From assembly GCA_036785375.1 (NCBI GenBank), contig JAWMAR010000201.1, positions 1,178,001-1,242,000 on the forward strand: 64,000 nt of DNA. Reading direction: 5' to 3'. A program made the translations under genes and the position numbers. Under the pieces are notes generated by a model. It had not been told where the DNA came from. It worked only from the letters and a program-made list of their open reading frames with translations, and made no database searches. Below are positions 1 to 13,140 of this stretch, piece by piece. This DNA comes from Leucoraja ocellata (lineage: Eukaryota). Within the stretch, counting starts at the first letter, position 1. Each line of letters begins with the position of its first letter.

Positions 1-659
1 ACTTCAAAGGATCAGTAAGTTTGAAGAAATTAGATCTAACATGTTTATATATCTGATTCGAGATCTTAGCTCTTCTGCAGGACTTGGCAATAGTTGCTGA
101 CGATGTAACCAATGATTATAGAACCTTTAAGAACGCTCAGCCGTATCTCCTAGTGTAATAACACCGGTTTATTTCATTCGCTAAACATTCTGAATATGCT
201 ATACATTGGAATATTCTCTTTGGCCTGATGATGTTAGTGCCAGATCATTTTAATAATAATGGGGGAAATGAATGCAAAGTCAGTACAGCGATTTGAAAAT
301 TTATTGTGCTCTTATTTTTAGACTATGTTGCGATTAAAGTGGGCCCCGATTTCTGACGGTTCAACCGTCATCTCCCTTTCACTACATGATTTTCAGCAGT
401 TGCACAAAAGACATAATATTGCCTTAGCGTCATTTCCTTGTCCAAGAATTACGTGTCTCTCTTAAATTAGTCCTCAACAAAATTATTTTTTATTTGCTAT
501 TGATTCGCACCCTACAGTCCTCAGGCACCTCTGTTGCTATGGCCTTTGAAGGTAGACACACAATGCTGGAGTAACTCAGCGGGCCAGGCAGCATCTCCGG
601 AGAGAAGCCCTGGTCTTTGATTTTGTTTCTCTCTCAGCGGTAGATTCACCCGCATCAGA

Positions 660-1250
660 TCATAGATTCATAGTCATAGAGCCATACAACGTGGAAACAG
701 GCCCTTCCATCTAACTTGCCTACGACGAACAACATGTATTATCTACACTAGTCCCATCTGCTTGCGTGTGGCCCACATCCCTTAAATCTATCCTATCTAA
801 TTACCTGTCTAATTATTTCTTATACGCTGTGAATTCACCCGCATCAACTACCTCATACGGCATTGCTTTCCATATACCTACCATCTTTTGTGTAGAAACT
901 TTGTCCGTCGGGTTCCTATTAACCCCCCCCCCCCCCCCCCCCCCCTCACCATATACTTAAGGGCGTATATTTAGTTATTCATTCGTTGACAAGAAAAGAG
1001 ACAGCGTAATGCGTCCAATGATATCTTCAGTTAACCATATAACCATATAACAATTAAAGCACGGAAACAGGCCATCTCGACCCTTCTAGTCCGTGCCGAA
1101 CACGTATTCTCCCCTAGTCCCATATACCTGCGCTCAGACCATAACCCTCCATTCCTTTCCCGTCCATATAACTATCCAATTTATTTTTAAATTATACAAA
1201 ACGAACCTGCCTCCACCACCTTCACTGGAAGCTCATTCCACACAGCCACC
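660..1250 (-). mobile_element. Two CR1/HER1-type LINE 3' ends
   Basis: short tandem tails (catagattcatagtcatag; aaccatataaccatat) followed by ggaaacaggccc motifs recurring elsewhere in the window. Confidence 0.7.
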
Positions 1251-1837
1251 ACACAGGCACAGTTAGAATGGTTATTTTTTCTGTTGGGAAATCAACTATC
1301 CTATTTATTGTTACACAATGCTTCAGTGATTTAATTTGTTTCCTTGTATGTGCTGTGCTGGAATCAGTAGGTCTCATTGCTCAGCTACTCGCACCCACCC
1401 TTTCCCGTTTTCAAACAGCAGTAACAGCCCCTGCTTCTTCACTCATCAGCCTCTTTATTACGCATATCTTTCTACTGAATTTACGCAAGTTCGAAATACA
1501 ATTCCACCACGTCAAACCTTCACTTCCTCCTCCAATTCTGCTTTCCGATGAGTGCATATTTTTCACGGCATTGCTTCACCATCCATCCATATCATCCCAC
1601 CGCGACCGCGACCGCGGCATTTGCCCACCGATTCGCACTTCCTCACTCATCATAGTCTAGGGACCTCATCTACACTTCAACTAATTCAAAAATATGTATG
1701 TATATTTCTGGAAGATATATTAATCGCTTAATTGACAATCACAAAGCTTTCTGTTGTATCTATGGACTGTGCTCAGATTTGAGCCGTGGTATTCGCGAAT
1801 ATTTTCGTAATAGTTTCCACCTTTCTTATGTCTATAG

Positions 1838-1864
1838 TTGCAGAAAACTTGAAGCAAGAAGAAG
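1838..1864 (+). CDS. 27-nt micro-exon, (V)AENLKQEE
   Basis: ctttcttatgtctatag|TTGCAG...GAAG|gtgggg; an internal cag would give an in-frame 21-nt form. Confidence 0.65.
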
Positions 1865-2659
1865 GTGGGGTTTACCATGACAATTATACTAGCAAGCCGT
1901 AACCCAAATACTAACTAATTCGCCGCTGTTCATAAAATGTATTATAAAATCCTATTTACAAGTGTCCTGAAGTGCAATGCGTTTGCTTCATTCATCCAAT
2001 TCACTGTATGGAAAATTACAAATATCTTACCTCGACTACAGTGACAAGCAACGTGTAGCTAATTGTTTATCTCCAACAGAAATAACATATCCGTCCACTT
2101 TTTAGGATATGTGGCATCCTCTGTACCATGACTCACGCACGTGGAATGTTGTTTTGCTGTGAATGGGAGGTTCCAGAACAATTTCATTTAAACTGTGTCC
2201 TGTTACTTGATGTTCACAGCTGACCAATTTCGTGGTCAAACCATCGGAAATTACGATTTACGTTATATCATGCCATCGTCTGTGAGAATCAGTTATAGAT
2301 TAAGTAGAAAGCGACGTCTGCAACACTCTTTAGACAAGTATTTGCCATTTATGTACCATCCACACGCATGTTCTCCATTCTTGACATAAACGTAAAAGTA
2401 ATAGGATTGATTGTGAGTATACCAGCTATTTCTGAAATTACCTCGGAGAGGTAATTACACAAAATACTGCCGCGACGCAGTGTGAATGGATTCGATTTAC
2501 GTGGTCATCACCCAAAGAGCGGTTGATATTGTTGATCGATGGGCTGAAGAATTAATCGCTATTGAACTCTATGCTCAGAAATTGCATTTGTTGTTGAAAA
2601 TCAATAGCAACTGGGGTTCTAACAAATACTGTCTCACATTTAAGAAGGTTTATAAAATT

Positions 2660-3000
2660 GATATCTCGGGTAAGGTTGATGGATTCACCTGAAATATCTC
2701 CTGATTTCGCCTTGGAGGAGGTGATGGTATTCAAGCCCTGCCACAGTGGCCGAACATCTGCCTCATCCTCCAGCTTAGAGCAGATTTCCCTTTTGGCCTT
2801 TTTGATGGCCTTGTCAAGGTCGTATCTGGACTTCTTAGAGATCTCTGCGTCACCAGACCCGAAGGAAGGTTTTTGTTGTAACACAGTCCTCCACACAGTT
2901 CCTTATGATGTCTATAACGACTGTGGTGAATTCATTCAGGTACGTTGCCGAGTCCTTGAACATTGCCCAGTCTACAGACTTCAAGCAGACCTGTAGCTGT
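2660..3000 (-). mobile_element. Rex1/Babar-like LINE ORF fragment
   Basis: peptides VDWAMFKDSA, KKSRYDLDKAIKKAKRE, RPLWQGLNTIT resemble the post-endonuclease region of this clade; frameshifted. Confidence 0.7.
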
Positions 3001-4177
3001 TCCGTAGAAAAAAAAACATGCAGGCACGGGATTGGGTAGATGGTGCAACACCCAATGCAGTATCTTTCAATGATAATTACTCTGTGCCATAAAACGTGAC
3101 GTTTCCTCAAATTATACCTATTTCCACTCCAGAAATATGAATACAAATCAAGGATATTACGCATCCAGTTTTCACATATTTGTAGCCATCTCGTGGGTAT
3201 TTCTACGGGTATCAATTAAGTGCTTGACAATTTCTGAAATCAATTCGGCCAATGGCAGGAGGAGAAATAACTAACACTTATTCACATGCATGTAAAGTCA
3301 CTAACCAATAGCTTTGTTCTCCACTGGAAGAATAACTCACTGCTTATGAGTTGTCTGACAATGATTGTTTACATGACAAAATAAATACATGTCTGTTGGA
3401 ACAAACGAACAACATCAAAGCATAGCGTTATCAAAATGCAATTCTTTCAATTATCTCTGTCAACATGCAGTGTCATTAGCTTAGATGAATTAAGAGTTTT
3501 CAGCGGGAAAGGGGAGAAAAACATCTATATCTGGACCGTTGCACAAATATCGGACACACTACCATCTACATACATTCATAATTAAGAAACATATATGTTG
3601 AAATGTTCGACAGTTTACTGGAAGGCAGGAAAAATCTCATGGAATTAACCGATTAAATACCGATTATCTTCCTTTATTTATGATCAACATTGTAATACCT
3701 GAAACATATCTTTGATTCGAAAATTATTTGACTAACTATTTTTCATGCATCTTTCGGATGGCTGCCAACCAGAAATACAATATAGGTCAACTTATGATAC
3801 ATTTACCGCCTAATTATATCTCATCCGATCACGTGTTATACAATTGGGTTAGTGTAACGTGATGTCAACAGAGCGTGGATTACAAATTAGAGATACCCCC
3901 ACCTTCTAATTCTCCAATTGCAAGTTATTGATTCGGGGAAGACATTCTTTCAAAACTAAATGGGCCACATCGGCTGTACAAATGTAAAATTACGTCAGGT
4001 GTTCGTTGACATGGGTCTAATTGCAAATAAGTATTACATGAGTGACATTATAATGACTGGTAGGTATGACTAATACAATAAAATAGCATTGTTGTGGAAT
4101 ATTCCATGAATCTTATTCTTCTCGAAGTGCATTTTAAGTACTTTTGAAAAACCTTTTGTTTAAAAATCTGGTTACAG

Positions 4178-4206
4178 AAATTGATCAACTTCAAGAACAT
4201 TTAAAA
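4178..4206 (+). CDS. A-type micro-exon cut by assembly gap, (E)IDQLQEHLK...
   Basis: gttacag| acceptor; matches A consensus E-I-x-x-L-x-x-x-L; donor hidden in Ns. Confidence 0.7.
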
Positions 4207-4425
4207 NNNNNNNNNNNNNNNNNNNNNNNNNNNNNNNNNNNNNNNNNNNNNNNNNNNNNNNNNNNNNNNNNNNNNNNNNNNNNNNNNNNNNNNNNNNNNN
4301 NNNNNNNNNNNNNNNNNNNNNNNNNNNNNNNNNNNNNNNNNNNNNNNNNNNNNNNNNNNNNNNNNNNNNNNNNNNNNNNNNNNNNNNNNNNNNNNNNNNN
4401 NNNNNNNNNNNNNNNNNNNNNNNNN
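4207..4425. other. Assembly gap
   Basis: run of N. Confidence 1.
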
Positions 4426-4519
4426 ACAAACTCACTAGTTGTGTGGAAGGTGACTATTCTTGATAGCCACTGAAGTCTGTTTGAAGGTCTACTTTTAAGA
4501 CTGGTGGAAGATACACTCA

Positions 4520-4570
4520 CGCAAGCACACACGCACGCGCGCGCGCATACACACACAAACAAACACAAAC

Positions 4571-4601
<31 letters not shown>

Positions 4602-4656
4602 AACCACAAACACACACACACACATAACACGGATACACACACATACGGCCACACAC
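4520..4656. repeat. Imperfect (CA)n microsatellite
   Basis: direct reading. Confidence 0.95.
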
Positions 4657-5046
4657 AGTTATTTTGAACTATGTATGAATACTTTGTAAACGGTAACACA
4701 TATTATTTTGCTTACGTTTTTATTGTGGTTCAATGGTATAACAAGCACAACTTCGTTAAACGTCGTGTGGGTGGACGAAGGAGATCAACATCATCTGGAT
4801 CATAAATCTGTGAAGTGAAGAAACGGCCGTGCAATTTGAAACGGAATTGTTGACACTTCTTTCTCTCGCACTCTATTTTCAATACTTTCAATGCAGCTCT
4901 CAAACAAACTAATACACAAAACTGCATGCACGAGCATCACTTTGAAAAAACGATTTTATGTTCAAAAGCGATTTAAATAATGTTATATTTCCCTAGCAAG
5001 TTGAACAGTAACTGAAATATTTCTGGTTATAAACTTTCCTAAACAG

Positions 5047-5073
5047 AATACGAATTGGCGAAGACAACTGCGG
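5047..5073 (+). CDS. 27-nt micro-exon, (E)YELAKTTA
   Basis: ctttcctaaacag|...GCGG|gtaaat. Confidence 0.7.
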
Positions 5074-6147
5074 GTAAATTAATTACTTAGATATGTGTAA
5101 TGAATATTGTCGGAATTTGTTTGTTGACAATCTTTTTTCCAATTCTATAGTGTTATTGGAGGTACTGCTTAGCACAAAGATGCATTGGGAAGTTAAATCT
5201 CATGAACGTGCCCCATCTGAATCTTTCAGTGTCCGCAATGGGGGGGGGGGGGGGGGGGGGGGGCTGTACATCACTGCGTACTACTGATGCAATTTCTGAA
5301 GACTGCAGGTAGACAATGTCATGCCTCTATTTAAGAGGTGTTGTAAAGAAACCAATGGAAACTACAGAGCATTAAGCCTGACAATTGTGCTCGGAACGTT
5401 ATTGGATGGAGCTTGAAGAAGAGGCTCAAATGAATATATAAATGCATAGGTATATTTGGAGCCGTCAGCACAGCTCCTTGCGTGGCAGCTAGTATTTCAC
5501 GAATGTTATCCTGTATTGTTGACGTGGCTGCCAAACTCTGATGAGGACGGTGACGCATGATTCTAGCAAAGCTATTGAAGAGATTCGGCATTGTAACTTA
5601 CATAGGAAATATAGATCACACGGAATCCAGAGATAACAACATAATTAGACACATACTTGACTCGGGGACAGGAAATATAGGGTGGATGTCGAAGGGTTTT
5701 TCGCACCTCAGCCTCATGAATAGCGGTGCGCTTCAGGGGTCGGTGCATTATGATTATCATCGATTTCCGCGTTTTACATGATAAGTGCGGTTAGTTTTTT
5801 TTCGGAGAACGCAATAGTGTGTAGTGGTAGGAGACAGTAAAATAGTGAAGAGTGTAATAAATGCTTCCACAGTATAGGGCACATACCTGGTGAGTCCTGT
5901 CGAATAGAGGGACGCGGGAATACATGGAGTGCTGTCGATTAGAGGGACGCACTGGTCCCAATGGTAAAAATCCCAATGGTAAAATACATTCTGAATCTCT
6001 GACGCCTATACCATCTCCTCATCCAAAGATTCACTTGGCCACTATCTTCCTATACGTAACCTCACAGTACGTGGCGCCGGAGGCAATCTGTTCAATTACT
6101 CCACATACAACTGAAGAAATGTTCACTCTCTTGTTATTCTATTTCAG

Positions 6148-6183
6148 AATTGGAAAACGCCACGGAACAAATAAAAAATGCCG
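6148..6183 (+). CDS. 36-nt A micro-exon, (E)LENATEQIKNA
   Basis: ttgttattctatttcag|...GCCG|gtgaga. Confidence 0.85.
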
Positions 6184-7294
6184 GTGAGAGATTGGTGGGA
6201 TATACTGTAATCTTTCCATTGAACGGTGTGTAATGTTATAGCTAATATTGACGTAATGTGAACATTTTAGGTGAGAGAGGCAAAATATTGGAGAACATTT
6301 GTGGGGCACACTTTACACAGAAGATAATGAGTGCCTGCTTCAGGCTGCTAGGTGTTGTAGCGGACGAGGATTGGATAGTGGCTTTTAAGGAGCAGTTGGA
6401 TCGGCACATGGATATGCAGAGAATAGGGGTGTGTGTGTGGGGGGGGGGGGGGGGGCGTGGGGGGGGGGGCGGTGGATTGGAGGCAGGCTGACGAGAATGA
6501 TCAAATCCTCGTGTGGGAAGGAACTACGAAGGTAGACACAAAATGCTGGAGTTACTCAGCGGGACTGGCAGCATCTCTTGAGAGAAGGAATGAGTGACGT
6601 TTCGGGAGATGTTTCTTCATACTGAGAGTCAGGGCCGAGGGAGACATAGTGATAAGGAAGGGTAAGGTGTGAAACTTTACTTTAAACAATAATGGCTAAA
6701 GGCTTGGTTATGGAAATTCATGTTCAACTTGTTCGAGAAAGCGAATTTGATTTTATAACGTAAATAAGGAGCAGACGGAATAATGTACTCGCCTGCTTTA
6801 GATACAGATCAGAACATTTTCTTTACATGAGGTTGGAACAAGAATAGTTTGTTTTTCATTAATTAAAAAATATATATGTAAATATTAAAATATCCCGATG
6901 GCTAGAGTAGTAAATAGATGCAGGGAACATTCTTGTGCTAAAGTCCCAATCTCTAGATGGGACACTTAAAGTGCCAAACTCATCATTAATGGAAATATTA
7001 TTTTCCTCACTACGGTAGCTGTGTGAATCTATTCCTCTTCGGTTTGCAAAGGCAAAGGATGTTCATGCAGTCTATAACATACAGCATTTTGGACCACTTG
7101 TTTTTACTTTGATGTCATCCAACATGATGTTATGATGTCGTGTGGACCCATGATTATCAAAGATCCGACGAAACCGATGAACTCGCCTGCAAACCATATT
7201 TGAAGTTGAAATGTGCCTTTTTAATGCCATTATTAAAAAAACCGTGTTGGCTGTGTAATCACTTGTTTGAAACGATATCAATTTTCCCCTTTAG

Positions 7295-7321
7295 AAGCAG
7301 ACAAATCAAATAAAGATAAAG
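7295..7321 (+). CDS. 27-nt micro-exon, (E)ADKSNKDK
   Basis: attttcccctttag|...AAAG|gtgaaa. Confidence 0.7.
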
Positions 7322-8041
7322 GTGAAAATAATACTCAAGATACGTAAATCCTTTTGACAATGCAGCCTATATTGTCAGCGCTATTATATAGAATATAGAC
7401 CGCGGGGGGGGGGGGGGTAATCTCTTCCCTGTACGGGACCCGACCTTTTCACTGTCGAGTCTCCCGTGTCGTTGGGCCTAACATCGAGGAGCCGGCTGCG
7501 GCCTCCAACCGGAACCTATTAAAAACTATCGCGTTGATGATGATGGCACATCGATGCCGTTTAAAATACGCTTGCTCCAGCTACGATATTGCAGCGTTTG
7601 TGACAATTACGAAATTTGACACAGTTCGCTTGTCCATAGCTACATCAGTGGCCCATATTTCAGCTATTCGCCCATAATGTCTCACCCCTATTTTGTGCTA
7701 CCTGACGTGGCAATGTTTAGTACAGCGTGATAATCTAACTATCTGCCATCCTGCCAATATGATCATTGGATGGGAACAGCGATCCGTTCTGCAATATTAG
7801 TTTCTCACACTCACTTCAGCAAGCATATGCTCTGATCTGCAGCATGTCGCCATGCTCCAGGTGAATATGTATCCATTCTGTGGGTGCCACGATGCTCTAC
7901 GCACTTATTAGGCCACTGGATCACATGCTACAGTGACACTATGACCAAACGCAATACATTCGTTTATTTTGATTATATATTCTTATGTATATTAATTGCG
8001 AAGGAAAGTTATGCAGTACATAATTTGTCTTTGCATTTCAG

Positions 8042-8077
8042 ATCTCGATGCTTTGGGCGAAAAATTGAGTGATACAG
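8042..8077 (+). CDS. 36-nt A micro-exon, (D)LDALGEKLSDT
   Basis: tgtctttgcatttcag|...ACAG|gttaga. Confidence 0.85.
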
Positions 8078-8523
8078 GTTAGACTACCAGAAATTAAATC
8101 TACATGAACATGGAGTATGAAATCTATCAACCCATATTCAAAGTAATAAGGTGGTCCGCAGCGATCAATTCGAGATCCTTCAAAACCAAATGTGTTCATT
8201 CTATGTCAATCAGAATTGAAATCAGCTAGTAGACACTAAAAGTGGTGCATACTATAAGCCCTATTCGCAAACACATACAAAGCAAAATTCTGGCACGAGA
8301 TATTCAGGACACGATTAATGACTACTAAGCAGGCCAACGTAGTCTTAACGTAGGCCAAATGAAACCAGTAAAACACATTTTTCTGTTCATTATAGTTATG
8401 GCAATCTGGAGTTGGGGAATTTATAATTAGATTGAGTATATGAACAGAAAGAAAGACTTATTGGTTGAAGAATTTATAAAAGTTGCTTGTGCGAAACAGC
8501 ATTTTTTTCATGTTTCTTGACAG

Positions 8524-8550
8524 AGAGGAAGCTGAAGGAAACACAATCCG
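8524..8550 (+). CDS. 27-nt B micro-exon, (E)RKLKETQS
   Basis: tgtttcttgacag|...TCCG|gtaaag. Confidence 0.85.
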
Positions 8551-8677
8551 GTAAAGCCGGGAATGAGTTAACACACAATTACTAAATAAAAAAATTGCAA
8601 CTTTGAATTTCGATGTGATTATTTTAATATATTATGATATATTTTTTACCCTATTCTCCTCACGCCCACTGCATCAG

Positions 8678-8704
8678 AGCTCTACGGGCAGTGCCAACCT
8701 GACG
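8678..8704 (+). CDS. 27-nt C micro-exon, (E)LYGQCQPD
   Basis: cactgcatcag|...GACG|gtaagc. Confidence 0.85.
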
Positions 8705-10299
8705 GTAAGCTAAAGCGAGATTTTGGCTAACAAAGTCATATTTAAATTTCACCAATGATATGCAAATGCAGTATGATGAACAGAAGGTAGAATTTCAACG
8801 AGTTTCTAAGAAATGTGTAAGCTATTTATTTGCATCAAGTAGAAAATCATTTAGTGACCGGAAATGCGGTGAAGTAGCGCGGATCTTCGGCAAGAACCAA
8901 AAAAAATAACGTTTACAGATGAAGAATTCTCATCTGTATTTGAGGACTTCAGAGTCAAATTCCAAGATACATTTATAGCGTTATGTAATACCGTCTTGTC
9001 TTCGCGCAGAATGGTCTTGGAACATTGAATATCTCAATAGCATGTGCGTGAGATCAGTTGATTAACTGGATCGAACAGTTATTTTCGCGTTATTGGTGGT
9101 TAGTTTAGAAAGTTAATATGTTGGCCATTGTCTCACAGGAAGCTGAAGTTACCTCTACTCAAAGCAGTCATGCTACTTCTTGAAACACGGGAAATTTCTT
9201 GTGAAAATAAGCTTGCCTATCGGGTGTGGCCACTACGGAGGGTTGTGCACCTCCTTTATGGCGACAGAAAGACAGTCACTGGGATTGTCATATAATTTAA
9301 TTGCAATAAATGATTTTAATGTCATTCTTGTTCAACTAGATAATGAATCCTTAGATTACCATTCCTCGTGGCATTTCTGGTAATCAGTGTTTTCACCGTG
9401 TGGGCGAGGGAAAATTCAGATTTCTAAGACTATAATACCTCCAATATCAGGATGGTTATTGGCGATTAAATGCAATTAATTTCTAGGTTCAAGGGTAATT
9501 CCCAATCATTGATTTCTTGCGGCATACAATATTCTTCGTAGACCTGGAGTAATGCACCATAGGGCACGGGGTCGATCTTTCCCCCCAGCCTAAGACATAA
9601 CCCAACAGATCCTCCTCATCTGCTGGATGTGTTGCGTCTGCCAAATAATTTCCGGTCTATAAAACGAATACGAATATAAACACTTGTAAACAGCAATTTA
9701 ATTGTTGGCTAAACTTGTTGTTATAGCATGCACCATTTACGAATGAAATGAATATATTCATCTATTTATTGCAGTAAGAATGCTGATTGATCAATTGGGA
9801 GGTAACGTTGCAAATAATGATTTACTTTATGTACCGACTGAAAATCTGACTCACATAGAACTTGTCTGCCCTCTGCCCTCTGCCCTCTGCCCCTCTCCCG
9901 CCCACATTTCACTAACGTTCAAGAGAATTGGTTAATGAGCACTATAACAGGAAAAAATGCATATACGTCATTTTTAACTGAATACGAAAACATGTCAATG
10001 TATGTTGTTTTTGGAGATACGAGCGGCTAATGCCACATGAGTTTTTAACGTACACCGCGGAATGTTATTGTGCTTCCCGGTCAGAGTTCACTTTCCTCCG
10101 ACCAACTCCCTCTTTACGCGTAAACTATTGCCGTGTATGTAGTAAACTTATTATCAGAAAGACAAACTTGATTTAAATTAACTACTTCAGCATCCGTTAA
10201 TGAATGGAAGTCTTTGCTAATTCCAAATACATTAAATAAAATGTCACGCATTTATTATTCGTAAATTAATGCTACGTATGTATGTTATTTGCTTCACAG

Positions 10300-10335
10300 A
10301 TATGATGAAAATGAAAAACGAACTGAAACAAAAAG
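10300..10335 (+). CDS. 36-nt A micro-exon, (D)MMKMKNELKQK
   Basis: ttatttgcttcacag|...AAAG|gtcagg. Confidence 0.85.
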
Positions 10336-11349
10336 GTCAGGATTGTTAAGAATTGTTTGGATATAACGGATCCAGAGTTTGACTGTGCAGAATGATAGCT
10401 TATTGATTCAAAACCGCCTAAGAGAGTGGCTTGTTTTAAGTATGTTGGCAATTCCAGTTCACGCTTTTCACCTAAAACATGGCTGACCATTTAATTTGTA
10501 TTGATCGCAATGGTTCTCTCTTTTGTCACCACACGTACACAGATTGAATACCAGGACGGAAGTACCCCATACATAACCATTTTCTTCCTTTTCCTCATAG
10601 CCTGAAGCATCCGTAAATGTAACAGTGAATATGTTTCTTTCACCTTCTGCTAATGTCCACCGCACGATCTATTTGCACTTCCCAAAAATAATGATGCCAT
10701 TATGCACCTGTATCTTATAACTTCTGAAGGCATTTCGTTAAAGGCGAACATGTTCTTCATGTCTTTCTCAAACACAGCTCAGCTGGATCCGACAAATATC
10801 TACTTCTGCACGTAATATAATTATACACAGATTTCTATTACAAATCTTATTGTCGGGTGCATGATAAAATACGTGATGGATATGCCAGTTTCTGGGGTTT
10901 CTTTATATGCATCCTCTATTATTATATACAAGCTAAGTAGGTAACATGAAGTCAAAGTCTCCCCTCAGTATTTGTGTGAAATCTTTTCATTTCTGGCAGT
11001 ATATGGAAGAGTTGGCTGGTGAAAATCCAACATCAATGCTCGACGGACATGGACGCTATTTATTCAACGATCACAGATAAATGGCAGTTGGCTTCCAAGT
11101 GAATGTAATTTGTGAAATACAGAAAAAATCGATTTTTGTTGTTCCCAGAGCAAGTAATCGATTGTCATTTCTTGGTGCTGGAGTTCTTAAATTCGGAACA
11201 CGCTTCAAGAGAAAGCAGTGCACTAATGTCAGTGAGCTTGAAGATATAGTCATTGTTCGTCAGTACTAGAAGGGATGAATGGTTGTGTGGCTCCATTAGT
11301 TACCACTCATGATTGCCCAATTGCTATTCTATTTTATACCATGTTACAG

Positions 11350-11376
11350 ATCAAAGACTTATTGAAAACAACTTAG
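11350..11376 (+). CDS. 27-nt B micro-exon, (D)QRLIENNL
   Basis: atgttacag|...TTAG|gtaaac. Confidence 0.8.
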   Translation: MKDLLKTT

Positions 11377-11999
11377 GTAAACGTTTTTGCAATGGAATCA
11401 TGTTGAATATTGTGGAATAATCGCAGAAAACTGATTGATAACAATGTACTAGACCATACGGAATCTACACTGAAGCTTCAATATAACAGGTGTGGCTGAG
11501 GTTTTATTTTAAGGACGGCTGTGCTCCCCGCACTGTGGTGCACAATACAAATCATCGCATTTCGCTTTGTCTCTGAACATAATTGGATGTGGTACCGTTT
11601 TGTCTCTCTCAATTAGAGCATCGGTTCGCTAGCGATCCAGTCGCTATTGCATTCCTCTGAATGAATCGTCCATTGGCGTCAAACAGTTAACGAAGGTGGT
11701 CGTTTCTTTTTGTGACATCGTTCTCTTAAATAATGTCGATGTATTGAGGTACTAGCGCATACTCAACATGCTGAATATACATATAGTATTCTTTCTTGAT
11801 ATATGTTTTGAAATACATTAATTGCACTGTCAGCATAGAAGCAGACGCTATCTGGGATGAGTTTCATCTGACTGTAGCGGCAGATTTTTATATCGTTCAA
11901 GAGATTACTCCCTCTAGCCATTAAGTGGAGTACATGATTAAGGAGAATGTAGTTATACGCACGTGAGCTTTTCTTCAGAGAACCTCAGAGGTTCTTCAC

Positions 12000-13140
12000 A
12001 GATAAATCTTCATAACACTGTCTATTGATTAATAAATTCTTTATTGTTGATGAAAGACAATAAGGTGTACATCCAAGCTTCTTCCGACTGTTAAACTATA
12101 ATCTTCGTCAAACTCCAGCATATCGCTTTTAAGGTTAGAAAACTACTCGTGTCTCTGTTACACTTCACATGGTCAAAGGGTATCCCTTCCTCGTGCCGGT
12201 CCAAAACTGAACTAAAAACTAAGCTTCTGCGCTAGAAACTTAGCTCCAAACACGCCCTAGAATACATCATAAATCCCACCCACATAATAATGGGCAGTCT
12301 AAAATTGAAAGACACATGCCATAATCAACGGCACACAAAACAAGCCAAATGGCCACTACATACTGGCTCCTAATTGTTCCGATGAACTCTTCCATCTTCA
12401 CTTTCTTCTTCTAGAAGCAAGCATAACTAGGTTATTGGTCTTATTAAAACAGTGGTTTTAATTTAAAGTCGTACTGTGCGCACCAAACCATTAAAATCAG
12501 GCATGTTACCCAATATTTTGTCCAAAACATAAAAGTCCAAAGCTTTGATAGCAGGAACGTCTTCCTCCATGTCCGATCAACAATGGATGTGTTGTAACAG
12601 TAATGCTGAAATGTGAAAATCCTTCACACGAATATCAGGATTTTTAGCAATAATGTTCACCATTAGGTTTGATTTAATTTATGGATCATTAACAGAGATT
12701 TCAAATCCCAGCTCAAGCTTTGGCCAATCTCTGTCAGGCTTACAGAGAGACTCTAGTTCATTGATTCAACTCTTATCGCTGTCAGTTCTCTGGAAACTTG
12801 ATCCGCAAGATGTTCTTCTGTGTTAACATATTTCAATTGTGCAGCATTAGTAACTCCCAATGCTCTTTCCATTGGCAGATTGCCTCTGTCCAAATCCAAC
12901 TCTCTGGTTTCTTTGGCTCTATCATCTAGTGGAATACTTTCACAATTGTCGCTGATCCACTTGGAAAGTGTAAATCCTCCCTTATTGCAAAGGGAAGTCA
13001 GATGTTCGACTGGTAGAATGGCTTACTGCTCCGTAGACATAGATTTTAAGCAATCATCCACGTAGAAATTATTTTTCAAAGTGGTTATTACCTCCTCTGG
13101 AATAATTTATCTACTGATAAATTAGAAATGCCGGTGATGA
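12000..13140 (-). mobile_element. Degenerate BEL/Pao LTR-retrotransposon pol fragment
   Basis: manual translation PEEVITTLKNNFYVDDCLKS...LCNKGGFTLSKWIS...LDLDRGNLPMERALGV with an internal stop; boundaries approximate. Confidence 0.8.

Noticed and set aside
81-104. ctgcag|GACTTGGCAATAGTTGCTGACGAT|gtaacc 24-nt candidate
   Set aside because: In-frame TGA in phase 1 and does not end in G.
11453-11489. tag|...ACAG|gtgtgg candidate exon
   Set aside because: 37 nt (not 3n) with a poor acceptor tract.
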